Shown one piece after another: positions 25,087 to 39,700 of a stretch of 64,000 nucleotides of DNA. Position 1 is the first letter of the stretch. Every line of letters starts with the position of its first letter. Source of the DNA: Antedon mediterranea (Eukaryota; Animalia; Echinodermata); assembly GCF_964355755.1 (NCBI RefSeq), contig NC_092679.1, positions 8,400,201 to 8,464,200 of the forward strand. The letters are read 5' to 3'. The notes beneath the pieces are model-generated. The model had not been told where the DNA came from. It was given only the letters and a program-made list of their open reading frames with translations, and made no database searches. Made by a program: the position numbers and the translations under genes.

Positions 25087-27381
25087 TCTATATATAAATT
25101 ATTGTTAATTCTGACATAGGCGAGCACAATGCAAAAACTACGGTACAAATCTCTGCCTTGGATACCTACCTTATATATCTCAGATGTACCGCGAAACGTA
25201 GATTTGATAACATTAGTTTTCACATCGACGCTATTGTTCCATATTTCTATCTTAGGAAGATATTATAAAGGGTTTTATAAGAAATTTTCTGATTTCAATC
25301 GGTAAATTTTAACTCTACGCGCGGTAGAAGTAATTTCCGGGTTCACAGTAAGGTGTTCGTTTCATTTCAACCAGGGAGTTGTAAAACAACTACCTGTTTC
25401 AACTAAGTTGGCCGTTGGTGCTTGGTGGTGATAGCCATTTTGTTTTTTTGTTTATTTTCGGACCGCGCGTGTGAAGGTATAATAGTAGTACATAAACCCC
25501 GATAGCCGAGTTGTTGAGTAAGCTGCCAAGACTTTATGTATACTGTGCGCTATCTGTATCCCGTCAGGAGCCTGGGATACTTCTGCCCATGATGCAAGCC
25601 GTCTAAAACGTCTTCCTTCTCAGGCCACTGTGTCGCGTACCATCTAGGCCGTGCCCACAGATGGTTCTCGAATACACAGTAATTTCAGCGTAACAAAACT
25701 GGCAATTTCAAATGTACGTACCGCGGGACTATAATACATTGTCGTTTACAGAAACGAATAAATAGACACGATGATTTATGTAGTCAACTAAAATTAGCAC
25801 CCTGGGAATTACTTCCGATGGAGAAACTTATCACAAAATGAGTCCAAATTTTTGATTTGGACTCATTTAAAGAAACCCAATTTGTGTTTTGTATGTAACA
25901 TTAGGGTTGAGGGATGGGAAAGCGGATAGGTACAAAGAGGAACAATTTTTAAATATATTCTTTATCCACTCAGTAACGAAATATTTTGTTCATGTTTTAT
26001 AGGCCTATAAATAATATACCTAAATACAGTAAAACATTTGCGATGTAATACTTTGTTAAAACTGTCACTGTCATAATCGATTGAAATATTAAAGTACATG
26101 TCACGATACACCACTACGACGTTTATATTTTTGGTAATTATTAATTAATACAAACTGTGAGAAGGAACTGTCAGTATAAAGTTTATTTGTATAATAATGT
26201 GTTTATATATCTAACAGTAGAGCCTATCCACAATCTCAGTAATAAAGTTTATTTGTATATATTTTTATATTACATCTAACAGTACGAACATTCACAGTAA
26301 GAAATGCTTGATTCAAATGAGGGCCAAAAATAGTTAATAGGTATTTACAGTATTGCAAGTTTATTCTCAAAGGGCCCATATATTTACCTACCGTATGTGT
26401 TAAACCAAGGGATCATAAATTTACCTACTTGTGTTAAACCAAACTCTGGCAGACTGAGAGATTGGGATGTTCCATTCATCGCAAATCAATACATTTGTAT
26501 AATCGTATATTAAATCTATCAAAATAGTATTTTTTTAAGAAAATCGGCCTGTCTTCAACATTATGATGCTGTACTCTAGCTGTTCAACCGGTTTTCAGCT
26601 ATTAAAAACAATTATCGTAGGAGGAGATAGGAAAATGCGAAGCCTCCTCTCATTTTTGTAGCGGGTATTTTTCAAGATGGACATTCATTAGACAGTGTAT
26701 ACCACGATCGGAAAACACCCCTATTTGGGGCAAATCGTTGAACCTAAATTCGTTTTAATCGTCGATAACTAATTATCTAACTTAATTTAATTAGTAAACA
26801 GGGTTACATCAGGTGGTTAAAATCAGTACCGAAAGTATAAACCAACTTTATATACCATCGAGTAAAAATTCCAGAAGTAAGGCGCGATTTACCGAATTTT
26901 GCCATTATGTAAATTTATATATAGATTAGGATGGTATTTATTTCAATAAACGCCGGAACACCTCCCCAATAAAACATCAATTAAAATAATTATCTCGCTA
27001 CTCAACCCCCCCCCCCCACCCCAAATACATCTAATAAACGCCCATCCACATTTATAACCCAATATTGTATTATATTTATAACCCAATTATACTATTTTTA
27101 GTAGATTTCTTCGGACTGTTATCTACAATTTACCAAGCATTTGTTATTCTTTTTTACCACTTTTCATTTCTACAATTAACAATGCCTAAAACGCTATTAA
27201 TCATCTAAGACACTTAGGTTAGTGAGTACGTTTAGTTTTACGAATATCAAAAGCATTTAAATAATGGTAACCGACCAAAATTGTCCAGGCCAGAATGTCC
27301 TTCTGTTTACGTCCCGAGTCATTATCATTCCGAGAAAACACTTCCTAGAGGGGGAGCGAGTGAAGCGAGTTCACCCTCTAG
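25087..27381 (+). mobile_element. Non-autonomous classical Helitron
   Basis: A|TCTATATATAAA 5' end; GC-rich GAGCGAGTGAAGCGAGTTC motif followed by CTAG|T at the 3' end; A|T target and no TSD. Pairing of these two ends is inferred. Confidence 0.65.
25660..26924 (-). mobile_element. Non-autonomous Helitron, family copy 1 (nested inside 25087-27381)
   Basis: Highly similar to 51131-52406, and homology stops exactly at the termini. The minus strand starts TCTATATATAAAT and the target is A|T. The terminal CTAG is one base short here. Confidence 0.8.
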
Positions 27382-29774
27382 TTACTGTAAATAATCATTG
27401 TATATATTTCATAATTAGTTATCCGCATTGAGCAGATAACTCCTTGTAACTGTCCTGTTTCATCATCTTTTTTTTTTTTAGTTATCCGCTTAGTAGCGGA
27501 TAACTCCTTGTGATTGTAGTGGATCAATATTGTAAAAATCATTTTCATCTTTATTCTTCTTTCTTTCCCGGATTTTTGTGAGCAGCATATCCCCTATTGC
27601 TTGTGAATATATCTTTTGTATAACTTTGTCATTATATGGACATTTACCTGAAGTTGTGCACCTCCATATTTTGAATGACGTAGTTGCGATTTTATGAATT
27701 TCAATGATTGATCATAGAATAAAAAATAAGTCATTTTGTATTGACACTTGGTGAAAATTTAAGTCATATCAAGGGCAAACTTTCTATGGATTAAAAATGG
27801 CATGTTTTACAAGAAGTTACGCGCGCACACGCATTTAAAGTTTCAAAATGCGCAAAATTAATTTCTAATCAACTTTCTGCGCTGATCATGACATTTTGAG
27901 CATGTAAAAAATTACCGCGCGTGCAAAAAATTTTACGCGTAAGGTGCGCACGGAGCATGAAAAACAGGTTTTTTTTTTCTTGAATTGTGATTTTCCAGCC
28001 TTTCCTAGTCATTTAAAAAAGGATTGACATCATTGCAAATTAAAATGACATCATACGAACACGTTGATTTATACCAATTGCGCCCGTTTTAGTTGAAAAA
28101 GTTATAATAGTAGGGCGGCCAGTGTGAGCTTTTTCATCATGGGGAGCATTTTCTGTTAATAGCAGGCAACCATGTGGAATATATCCCTTATGGGATGACA
28201 AAAAAGATAGGGGTGGATGCCGCTCTCAAATTTCAGGTCAAAGGTCATTTTCAAGGTTATAAGGTCAAATATGGTAAAATAGAGGTTTAAGCTGTTTTCA
28301 ACAACATATAAGCTAATTAAAAGAAATGTAACCATTATTGGATCATTATTGACATATTGCTGCAGATGGTGAAGTTCATCAATTTTTCAACTTACAAGTT
28401 TAAAGGTCATTTTCAAGGTCATTAGGTCAAATAGAGCACAGACCTGTTAATTATCGGTAATAATTGAAATAAATATAATTTTCATGATACCCTTGGGCTG
28501 ATGGTTATAGTGTAGTGTCAAAAAGACCAGAATTGTACTGGGAAGATTTTAAACTTTTTGAGTCACTCCTGGAAGGTGTTAACGGTCACAGAGGGTTTGT
28601 GGGTTGGGAGTAATGGGCGGCATGGGCACATGCCAATATTCAAAATTTTTCTGGGATGGAAGGATGTGACGCTCTGAGGTGGGTATTTCTTCAAGCACTG
28701 ATATATAATGCCTACTGGCCATCTGGGTAACGGCAAACGATTGAATCACAACCCATATGCATGCTTTCTGTAACAACTTCATCTGGCTCTTTAGTTTACA
28801 TACACATGTAACAAGTTCCAAACTGACAACTGGGTTAGGGGCTTCCAAACGACCCGATTCATTTAGGCCACATACTGATCTCTGCCTGATAGTTGGCTCG
28901 TATGTTTAGGTTCTATGATGTCTGTATTCACCATAGGTGAGTTTTTTTAATTTTAAGTGTTTCCCGAAGTAGAAATACAGGTACTTAAATATTTATTGAG
29001 TGAAGTGAAATACTTAATATTTAAGGGAAATATATATCACTAGTGTTAATGGTATATGGTCACTGAGTCTAGATGGAGGTAGCACCAAAGAGTAGTCTGT
29101 TATTATACAGTTATCTGCTCAAGAGTACCACACTGTATATTTGGCAATATTAAACTTTAGTGTACACTGTACGTGGAAAGTCTTAATCAATTCCATTTAC
29201 AAGGAGTGGATGCGTTACAAATGATTTCCAGTATGACCTCTTCCCATAACCAGGAAATAATGACGTGCTGCAACCTGTAATGGCATGGAAGCTGGTTAGA
29301 TTATTCTTAATAGGTTTTCAACCACTTTATTGTTCACTATACCAGACATCGTCCATACTTTTGAAGGCTACTGTTACAAAGTGCATATAATTAATTAACA
29401 TCAACTTTCATGTATAATTGCAAGCACTTTGTTATTGACATAAAGAATGTCTAAAAACTGTGTGATATTTGTTCTCCTCCAAACCGATGAGTGTGGCCCA
29501 AAACACATGTGTACAGATTAGTACATTGGGACTATCCTTTCAATCGTGTCACTGCTTTTATCCACCCCTTTCCAATGTAATGATCAAATACAACAAAATG
29601 ACGAAATATCTAGGTAACTTGCATAAATACTTGCATAGTCACCAAATGTTTACAGCCATGTTTACTGCATCCTATAGTGCATGACCATCATGTTTTTACT
29701 GTAAGTTTTCTTCTGGAACATCTGTTGGTATTTCAACGTCATCCATCAAGATATGTGAAGTCATATTTGGTTAA

Positions 29775-30348
29775 AGATATTAAAATTGGGCTATGATCAT
29801 ACTCCAAGGCGATTTCACTGACAGGCTTAAGATACTAAATTTACCAGATATGGTTCAAAGAATGAAATTTCATAGTATAATTTTTGTAGTTAAGTGTTTG
29901 CATAATTTAATTGATTTTGATATATTTGAATACCTTACAATTAATTCTCGGTATCCAGAGTCCCTCACCTTTAAACACATGTATGCTAGAACTAATGCAT
30001 TTAAATACTCCCTGTTTGTTAATTTCCCTCGAATATGGGAATGTATCCCGCATGAAGTTCGTAACAAAGTCCTGTTTAACTTTGGGGGGTTTAGAAGGGA
30101 TCTGAAAAAATGTATTACTGATATCGAATTCATCTAGACTATCACTGTGTTTTTATGTCTATTGCGTTTTTCGTACTATTAGTTGGGAAAGCCACTCGAC
30201 AGTGCAGTTCTTTTGAACTGATCCACTTTTGGTTACCCGCAGGTGCTGATAGTACTTTTGTTCTGTTTTGTTGAATGATGCCGTACCTTGTTTATGATTT
30301 TTGTATGTTACCTGGAAATTGAATAAAATAAAATAAAAAATAAAAAAC
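29775..30348 (+). mobile_element. 5'-truncated CR1/L2-type LINE 3' end inside the Academ
   Basis: ORF 29793-30137 (RLKILNLP...ARTNAFKYSLF...RIW) resembles an ORF2 C-terminus and is followed by an (AAATA)n tail. Confidence 0.75.
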
Positions 30349-30859
30349 AATGGTTGATCAGCAGATTTTCTGTCAGTTTTTATATACTTTCTCGAAACAG
30401 TTGCCTTATAGAAATCCGCAAAGGTTTAGAGCGATGCTTTCTCAGTGGCTCATGAAGTTCTAAGTTCTACTGTTTTTTTTCTTTCAATAAGTTGTTACTT
30501 TAAATATAAGATCTTCCTTATCATCTGTCAGTTCGAAAGAATATTGTGTATTATGTGTGATTCGTGATCAGTCTGACCATGTCATGCAGAACCTATCAAT
30601 GAATTACAGCGTTTCTTGTTATACCAATGATTCTATTTTGAATTGATCAATCATCCACTCAGTGTTTAGAATATTGGTTCTGATAGTTTAGATAGGTAAA
30701 TTTGTTTACCCTTTTAACCTCATTTCTACAACGAATTCAATCGGTTTTTAAATGTGTTGGTGGTTTCAGAAATGACGACTTTGGTTGAAAAACTATTAAA
30801 ATATATAATTACTAATTGTGAAAAAGTGGATCTCTTATCAGTCCTTTGTGAAATTTAGG

Positions 30860-31130
30860 TTTAAAAAGTCTAAGCTGATGTCCTCGTGTATTTCTGCTTA
30901 GATTGCATCTTATTTGAAGGAAGTCTTCCTTGGCTACACCCTCGAAATCTTTTGAAAATTTTCAATCAAGTCACCATGAATTCATACAGGGTTGTTAGGC
31001 CAAGAAACTTTAAACGATCTCATATGAATAAGAATGGATAGCTGGAATTTGATTTGTCGCATGACGTTGTCCTCTTCAAGTGCGTTTACTTTTTGGGAGA
31101 AATGGATTTCATACCTGGACACAGTACGTA
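30860..31130 (-). mobile_element. CR1-type LINE ORF2 C-terminal fragment
   Basis: Minus-strand RLKFLGLTTL...GDLIE motif. Confidence 0.6.
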
Positions 31131-34100
31131 ACGTAATGTTTGTAAATAACGTTAAAACCGTCTTTATCCATGTGTATAAAGGACTTCTTAATTACTTAAG
31201 GAGTTTTATATTTGTTATCACCGTCAGCCATGATAGCATAGATGCGAAGGCCTCAAGAAGAAGTCCCCAATTACCACTCCTTCCAACCTTGGTAAAGTCC
31301 AATAGTTAGAGTTTTTGAAAACAAAGACTCGATACCCAGGTTTCTCTTTCGAGATTTCTTGAAACAACAAACTTCAATAAAAACTTGTATCATTGAAATA
31401 ATGAAAACAATGTTTAAATAATTACATTATAGGGGGTCTCTGACCCAAACAAAAACATCTCGACATTAGGTCATATAGGGGGTCTCTGTTTTCGAAATTT
31501 TTCGAAAAACAAATTTCTAAATATTATTACATTATTATAGGTAATATTAATAATTTTTCTAAAAACAAATTTCTAAATATTACTGTATTACATTATTATA
31601 GGTAATATTAATATTATACTGTAGTAAAAGACCAATCATTTGGCACATATGGCGTTTCATACATATAACACTTGACCTATTTTTTTCCGACAAAAATCAA
31701 AACGATGACTGGTGGACAACATGAAAAAGACAAATTTACAACAGACTGGGAAAAGCCTATTAAAAAACTGTGTGTACTTTACAGAAAATATGTGAAAACA
31801 ACATTTTGAGAAAATGACACTTTTATATTTAATTTCCTATGTTTTTATGTGTAAAATTAAATGTTTATCTCATAATTACTATAATATGAAGCATCAGTTG
31901 ATCTTCATATATACCTTTTTGGATAGATCTTATGATGTAGATGATTTTCCGTGAATACAAAAAAATCCTATATTTTGACCTTGTTTGACCTCTTGACCAC
32001 ATAAACTGACCTTAAAACCCAAAACTGAAGATGGCATCAACCCCTATCGTTTTTGTCACCCCACAAAGGATACATTCAACATGGTTGCCTGCTATTAACA
32101 AAAAATGCCCCCCAAACTTTTTATAGAGGACTTTTGTGTATTTGGCCTCTCTACTATAAAATATTGTCAAAATAATGCCTATTTTGAATCTATTATAGCT
32201 CTTCAGGATCAATGGTGACCCCCAATTGTTTTAACTTATTATGTAAGAAGATAAATTGTAGATATGAATTCATACAAAATGTTTACCTCTCGGATGTTAT
32301 GACGTCATTGTATGGCCACACGAATGTAAAATATAGGATTTTTGTCTTTTTCGTTATTGCTCATCACATACAACAGAGCGCATCTTGCTTATACGTATTC
32401 CATTTCCCCCGAGATTTTAATATTGTCTACGTCAATCAACTATCTTTCAAATGAGTTAAAAATATTTTAATTTTTATGACGTCATGTCTAAAAATGTAAA
32501 TAACGTGTCACTTATTTTCATCTTTACAGAAAATTTCAATCTGTTATAGCTCGTCAGAATAAAAAGTGATAATCATGATTAAACGTTTTCTGGAAGCTAT
32601 TGGATTGTAGATACGAATTCATGTGAATATTTTGCCAATCAGATGTTGTGATGTCATCATATGGCCAGTTGAATTCAAAAAGTCATATTTTCATCTCTTG
32701 CGTAAAAGTTCATTGCGTTTAAACGAGAGCGCATCTCACTTTTACGTGCCCAAAATTTTTCAAATTTGTATTGTGATTATTTAGATAATTATCTTCTAAA
32801 ATTGTTATCTTTATAGGTCAATTTGATGACGTCATCGCGTTAAAAATTGGATTTAAAAGATGGGTCTCGTAATTAAGTCTATGCTACACTGTATATAACA
32901 TACACAGTGTATTCTGTAGATACTGTAATATGATGTATGCTACAAAATAGGTACAATTCAGCACTGTAAACACATTTATTTCATGTCATAGGATGGCATA
33001 ATAATTGTCGAGGTTCATATAGTTTAAAGTATGTGCATGTTGCGTTTGCGCGGATAACCCGAACTCGTCAAAGTGACGAGTTCAAATCTAGTTGGTTATC
33101 CGCAACTTATAAAGTTGCATATAACCCTTGTGATTGTAAATATCTTTTTTTTTCTTCTTCTTTGTTATTAGTTATCCGCTTAGTAGCGGATAACTCCTTG
33201 TAATCGTCCTGTTTCATCATATTTTTTTTTTTTTTTTTTTCTTTATTATTAGTTATCCGCACTTGGCGGATAACTCCTTGTTTTTGTATGGGATCTTTTT
33301 CCTTTTCTGTATTATTAGTTATCCGCATTGAGCAGATAATTAGTTATCCGCATTGAGCAGATAACTCCTTGTAATCGTCCTGGATCTTTTTCTGCTTCTT
33401 TCTTTCTCCCCCATTTTTGTGCAGAACGTATCTCAAAAACTTGTAAACATAACATTTCATAACTTTATCAACATATGGGCATTTACGTGAAGTTGTGCAC
33501 CTCCTATTTTTGAATGACGTCAGAGTTGTGCAACATGACTTACGCGCGATTTTATGATTTTTTATGATTGATCATAGACTAAAAACCAAGCATAATTTTG
33601 TTTTGACACTTTGTGAAAATTTAAGAGCCATTGTCTGTAAGAATCAAAGAAATATCAAAAAAAGTGGCAGACTCAAAAAAATGGATTTCTTTCAAATTTT
33701 GCACATGGCTATATATGTGTTGAGAGAAATCAAATATGAAGTATTTTTTATTTCAAACGTATATTTCCATGGCAACGGCCAAATTTGTGTTTTTGACAAA
33801 TTTTGTCCTTTTTTAAGGTTTTTTAAAATGGATATTGGCACTACTTTGATGAGCGATATTTTTGTGTTGTTCATTTAATTATAAAAAATAATTAGTGTAT
33901 GCATAATAACAATGCATTGTGTACCTGTTTCAAATTTTTTTTTTTTTTTTTATTTCATACTTTGGGAGATACCATTTATTTAAAAAGGGGTGTTTTTCAC
34001 TTTTTTTAAATTGTTCAATGCAACTAAACTTTACTTCACCATAACGCCCAAAGTGGTGTATTTTTTTAGCTGATTTATTACAAATAGGTAGTTCTAATGT

Positions 34101-35049
34101 TTAATAATTGATTTCTAAAATATAATACTGGGGTAAATTTAAAATCTACAAGCAGTGTTGCGAGAAACATAGGCGTTTTTATATAAAAAAAAAACATGGT
34201 ATATTAGTAAAAACATTTTATTTTCTTTGATTATTTGATTTGAAACTCATTGGTCAGAAAAATTCTTAATGTTTTATATAGTTCTAGTTGTGTTGTGAGA
34301 AAAAAAAAATTAATTTTTAATTATAGATTCTGTAATTCCCAGTTTTAATGTCATTTTATAGGTTATATCCTCTGGAAATTTGAATAAATTATCAGATCGT
34401 TGTGAATTTTAATCTTTGCAACAGATTACTCCTCTCTTATTTTGAAGCTCCTCTTTCATTTGTTTACTTCTTTTATTTGCTAACCTAAGCAGATCCCATA
34501 TGCCCATCCACCACCACTTTCGACTACCACCCCTCCCCACCCCCACCCCGACTATAACCACAAAAAGATAAACTGCAACACTTTGGTCGATCATCCACTA
34601 TAGAGTGTCAAATGCATGCATTCAAGCACCACCCACACTGCCGCTACTATCGCCCCAATGAATAGACGGATTCAAACTCCTCCATCCAACCACCTCCCCC
34701 TTTTCTCCAAGCCCCCACCCACCCCAAGTTAAAAATTGCAATGCAAAAGATAGGACATAAAGTTAAGTTTTTAGACCCTCGCCTTCAACCACCTAACTAT
34801 TTAAAAGTCCTGGATCCACCACTTTCCCCTCCCCAAAATAGAACCAATCAAAAGTCAATGATATACTCAGGTATGTTAATGCTACATAACAAATATTGAA
34901 GCCCTGATTTGAAATTTCATTTCATTTAAGGTCAGCATGTAAAATATCACACTTTATTATTAAATATTGGTTTTAAATTCTATATTTTTTTTACTGTGAT
35001 GGTTGGATTCAGTAATAATTATTAATTAATAATTATCTGATAATTATTT

Positions 35050-36700
35050 AATTTCCCTTAGTTATGCATAGCAACAGTTACTATGGTAACTAAAAATGAG
35101 ATATTCTTTAGATTTTGCATATTTATCTCATACAAATTTAAATTTGTAGATTATTAGCAGGCATGCCTTATTTGCATTTTCAAATTACCGTTTCACAAGG
35201 TCATATTCGTAAGCACTTTCTTCTGTGATTATTTTTATTCATGAAAACCCCATATTTTATTTACAGCGGCCACCTCCCTTAACGGACGCACTTTGAAAAG
35301 CCTGTTTGTTCTTCCTATCTAATTAGTGCATTTGGTGCTTACCGTAAGCAGCTGCGAGCACCTTTTTATACTAAAAATGAGATTTTTTGTAAGCGGCCAA
35401 TCGAAAAATGTGATACTTATTGCATGGACCTATGAATTAGAGGTGCATGTTTATTGTATTTCTTTATATATTAGCTTTATTTTGAAGAGGTTTTAAAAAC
35501 ATTACTGTGAAGAGATGAGAAAACTACACAGATTTTGACCGACCATTTTTCATATGATAAAAGTTTTGAAAATTTGTCTGAAAATGCTAAAAAATACTAA
35601 ACCACCTGATTATAAATAATAATATGCCTACAATTAGCTGGAAAATTGAGAGGCTCGTTTCGTTAAGAATATCGTATATAGCCATAATAAGTGATTTTGG
35701 CCCTTTATCGGCAGAACCTCCCGTAAGGGGTCACCGCCCGTAAGCGGCCACTTTTCCAGGTCCCGAGGGTGGCCACTTACGGGAGGTTCAACTGTATTTA
35801 ACAAAACAATTATCCTTAGTTACGCATAGAAACAGGTTCTAAGATAACATAAATAATACATTTTGACATAACTTGACCCAAAAAATTTTTTTCACAAGGT
35901 CAGACATTTTCTGGGATTCAGTAGATAAGTAAATTTGGGAAAAGGTAGTAAAGCTATGTAATCAATTGTTTGTAGTCATGAAACCCCATATTAAAAATAT
36001 TGTACTTAGTTACGTATAGAAACAGTTGCTACAATACACTATAGGTAAAATGTTGATGTCATTTGACCTCAATATGTAAAATTTTTATTTTTTCATGAAA
36101 CTCCATATTTAATTTTTTTTTAAAATATCATTTGTTACGTAAACAGGTTTAAGATAACACTAAAGGTCATTTTTTTTTACCTTTATTCAGATTCGTCAAG
36201 ACTTTCTTTCTGAGATTATTAGGATTCAGTATTTAAAGTAAATTTGGCAAAAAGTAGAAATGTAAAACTATGTAGAAAAAATGTTTTTTATTTATGAAAA
36301 ACCCCTTATTTTTTTTAAATTTTCGCATAGAAACAGTTACTATGGTAAAATGTTGACCTCAAAATGAATGAATTTACAAGGTCAAGTTTGTCATTAATGG
36401 AATGCAGTAGAAGTAAAATTGAGAAACATGTACAAATGCAATCAATTCTTTGTATTTATAAAAACGCCATTTTTTACGTTTTTTAAAAATTACTTTCCTT
36501 AGTTACACATAGAAATGGTTGCTAAGGTAACACTATAGGTAAAATATGAAAATTGTTGAGAATTGTTATGAACTATCTTGTAAATTTTGATCAAACATTA
36601 ATAGTTGTAGTAAAGTGGGGACCTGTCCTGTTTTGCAATCTGACCCCTTTTGACCTCAAATGACCTATTTACAAGGTCAGATTTTTTGGGAGGTCTTTCT
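35050..36700. repeat. Degenerate internal tandem repeat (~130-190 bp, about 6 units) of the Sola3-like element
   Basis: Recurring ccttagttacgcatagaaacagtt...caaggtcaga...catgaaaccccata near 35055, 35814, 36005, 36132, 36323 and 36497. Confidence 0.7.
35264..35794. mobile_element. Tc1/mariner-pogo-like MITE with damaged left end
   Basis: TA|CAG...CTG|TA ends; right end GGTGGCCACTTACGGGAGGTTCAACTG; repeated CCCGTAAG/GCGGCCAC subterminal motifs. Confidence 0.6.
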
Positions 36701-39700
36701 GTATCTCTTTACACAAAATAGATTAAAAAATTTATAAAAACCATTGACTCAATTATTTCCAAGTTTAACATTATTTTCCATCAACTAAATATTTCAATGC
36801 AAAATACTGTTTTTCTGGCAATTAATTGAAATAAACCTGGCAACACATTCTCCTATTTTATCTAAACTATTCGTATGACTCTAGTAGCAATATGCCATAT
36901 ATACATTTTATTATTGGATTAGCCATATTTAAATTGTGTTTCATGTGTTTTGTTTGTTGATATTTTGTTATATTTTTTGCATTTTTCGTATTTCCCTGGC
37001 AACACAAAACCTATATACGAAATTTACCCCAGTGTTTTTTTCGTGATTATTGTTGAAAAACCTATTGACTATCAAATTAAAAAACCTCATTGATTTAAAA
37101 ACACCACTTTGGAAGTTATAGGTACGTTTATGAGGTATACTTTTATAAAAAAAATATTTTTTAAAAACACCCCTTTTTAAAATAATGGTATCAACCAAAC
37201 TCCATTTTGTAATTTATTTTTTTTCTACATTAAATGGAACTCAATACATGTTGTTTACACTGCTATAAACAAAAACTGTATAATGTAAGTATTTTTGGTT
37301 AAAATAAGTATACAAGTTTGTACTTTTTCACTATAGAAAATCTGTGAAAAATGGCAAAAACATCAAAATTTGGATAATTGACCGTTGTCATGGCAACGGA
37401 GGCTAAAAATTAAAATGAATGTTGTAGATATGCTTTTTATTGAAATGTCTATTCATGGTAAAAATTTGAGAGAAATCCATTTTTTTACATCTGCCACCAA
37501 ATCTTTGATTTTTACAGACAATGGCTCTTAAGTCATATCAGGGGCAAACTTTTTGTGGATTAAAAATGGCATGTTTTACAAGAAGTTACGCGCGCACGCG
37601 TATTTAAAATTTCAAATTGCGCAAAATTAATTTCTAATCAACTTTTTACGCGATTCATGACATTTTGCGATGTAAAAAATTCCCACGTGCGCGCCAATTT
37701 TACGCGCGCGGTGGCGATTGTAGCGCTAAAACATCTTTTTTTTGCGTGAATTATGTTTTATTAGCCTTTTATAGTAATTTGACCAATTTTTATACAATTT
37801 CTACTTAAAATTACGTCATACGAGCACGTCGAATTGTTCAATTTGCACGCCTTTTTAATGAATTTGAATTTGCCTTTTTTTAAACAGTCGTAGTTTCTAA
37901 ACTAAATGGTGAAAGTTATTTTTATTACATATTCTGGAAGTTGATGAGTTGTAGATATCAAATCATACATTAATATGGCTAACAGGACATTGTGACGTCA
38001 TCGTATGGCCACGCGAATATAAAATATAGGATTTTTGTCTCCGTTATTGCTCATCACATTCAATGGAGCGCATCACGCTTATCCGTATTCCATTTTCTCC
38101 GAGATTTTAATATTGTCTAGGTCAATCAACTATCTTTCGCATGAGTCAAAAATATTTTAATTTTTATGACGTCATCATGCCTAAAAATTTAAATTACGTG
38201 GGTCATTAATTTCATCTTTACAGTAAATTTTAATCTGTTATAGCTCGTACGAATGAAATGTGATAATCACGATTAAAACGTTTTCTGGAAGCTATTGAAT
38301 TGTAGATAAGAAATCATGTGAACATTTTGCCAATCGGATCTTGTGACGTCATCATATGGCCAGTTAAATAATATCGTATTTTCATCTTTTGCGTAATAGT
38401 TCATCACATTTAAAAGAGCGCGCATCAATATTTCACCTGTTCAAATTTCTTCTACACGTTAATATATTGTTGCTGAGATAATTTCCTTCCGAAATTGCTA
38501 CATTCGCGTTTCATTTTGAAACCGTCAATATGTTAAAAATTTGAATAAATAAGCGGGTCCCGTAATTTCACCTATTCTACACTGTATGTGATATGTATAC
38601 AGATTATACTGTGTATACTATATGACACAAAATAACAGAATTCAGCAATAACAACATATCATATTCTTCAGTTCAGGTCACAATGACATAATCTTTTTCC
38701 GTGTGCAATATTCCAACGTATGACGTACACGTGGCGTTTGTCGTGCGGATAACTAACTCGTCAAAGTGACGAGTTTCATGTCTAGTTCTTCTGTCTTTCT
38801 TCCTTTTTTTGTGAGCCCTGTTTCTCTAAAATGTGTAAACAGAACATATCGTAACTTTGTCAACATATAGACATTTACGTGAAGTTGTGCACCTCCTATT
38901 TTTGAAAAACGTCAGAGTTGCGCAACGTGACTTGTACGCAATTTTATGAATTTAGATGATTGATCATAGATTAAAAACCAAAAGTCATTTTGTATTGAGA
39001 CTTGGTGACAATTTAATTCATATCAAGAGTCAACTTTCTGTGGATTAAAAATGGCATGTTTCACACAAAGTTACGCGCGCACGCGCATTTCAAATTTTAA
39101 AATGCGAAAGATCAATTTCTAATCAACTTTCTACGCGTTTCATGTAATTTTAAGCATGTCAAAAATTCCAACGCGCGTGCAAATATTTACGCGGGCGGTG
39201 GGCACGTAGAGTTAAAAACATCATTTTTTCGAGTGATTTATGTTTTTCTAGACTTTTCTGGTAACTTTACCAACTTTTAAACAATTTCGACTTAAAGTTA
39301 CGTCATACGAGCACGTGGAATTGGACAATTTGCATGCGTTTTTTATGAAAAAGTTCCAAAATTTGTAAAAATTATGCATTTTTTTAAACAGTTGTAATTT
39401 CTAAACTACACCGTCAACTTTTTGTGGATTACATATTCTGGAAGTTGATGAGTTGTAGATATCGGATCATGTATTAATATAGCTAACCGGACATTGTGAC
39501 GTCATTATCGTATGGCCACGCGAATATAAAATTTAGGATTTTTGTATCTTTCGTCATTGCTCATTACATTTAATAGAGCGCATCTCCACTTATCCGTTTT
39601 CCATTTTCACCCGATTTTGATATTGTCTAGGTCAATCAACCATCTTTCGCATGAGTTAAAAATATTTTAATTTTTATGACGTCATCATGTCTAAAAATTT

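Larger units (their letters stand above)
28108..32156 (-). mobile_element. Degenerate Academ DNA transposon
   Basis: TAGTAG...CTACTA termini, imperfect TIRs over 100 bp and a TAA TSD; the HINE body resumes exactly after it. Minus-strand transposase remnants include LLDFTKVGRSGNWGLLL (~31250-31305), FHAITGC...GYGKRSYWK (~29225-29295), RANYQA (~28890) and LELVTCVCK (~28800). Confidence 0.85.
33625..37527. mobile_element. Non-autonomous Sola3-like DNA transposon
   Basis: TTAA TSD, GAG...CTC termini (GAGCCATTGTCTGTAA) and long imperfect TIRs with similarity over roughly 500 bp. The HINE sequence gaaaatTTAAgtcatatc is restored on removal. Confidence 0.75.

Noticed and set aside
33625-37527. piggyBac element (TTAA TSD)
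   Set aside because: The termini are GAG...CTC with long TIRs rather than CCY...RGG, which fits Sola3 better.
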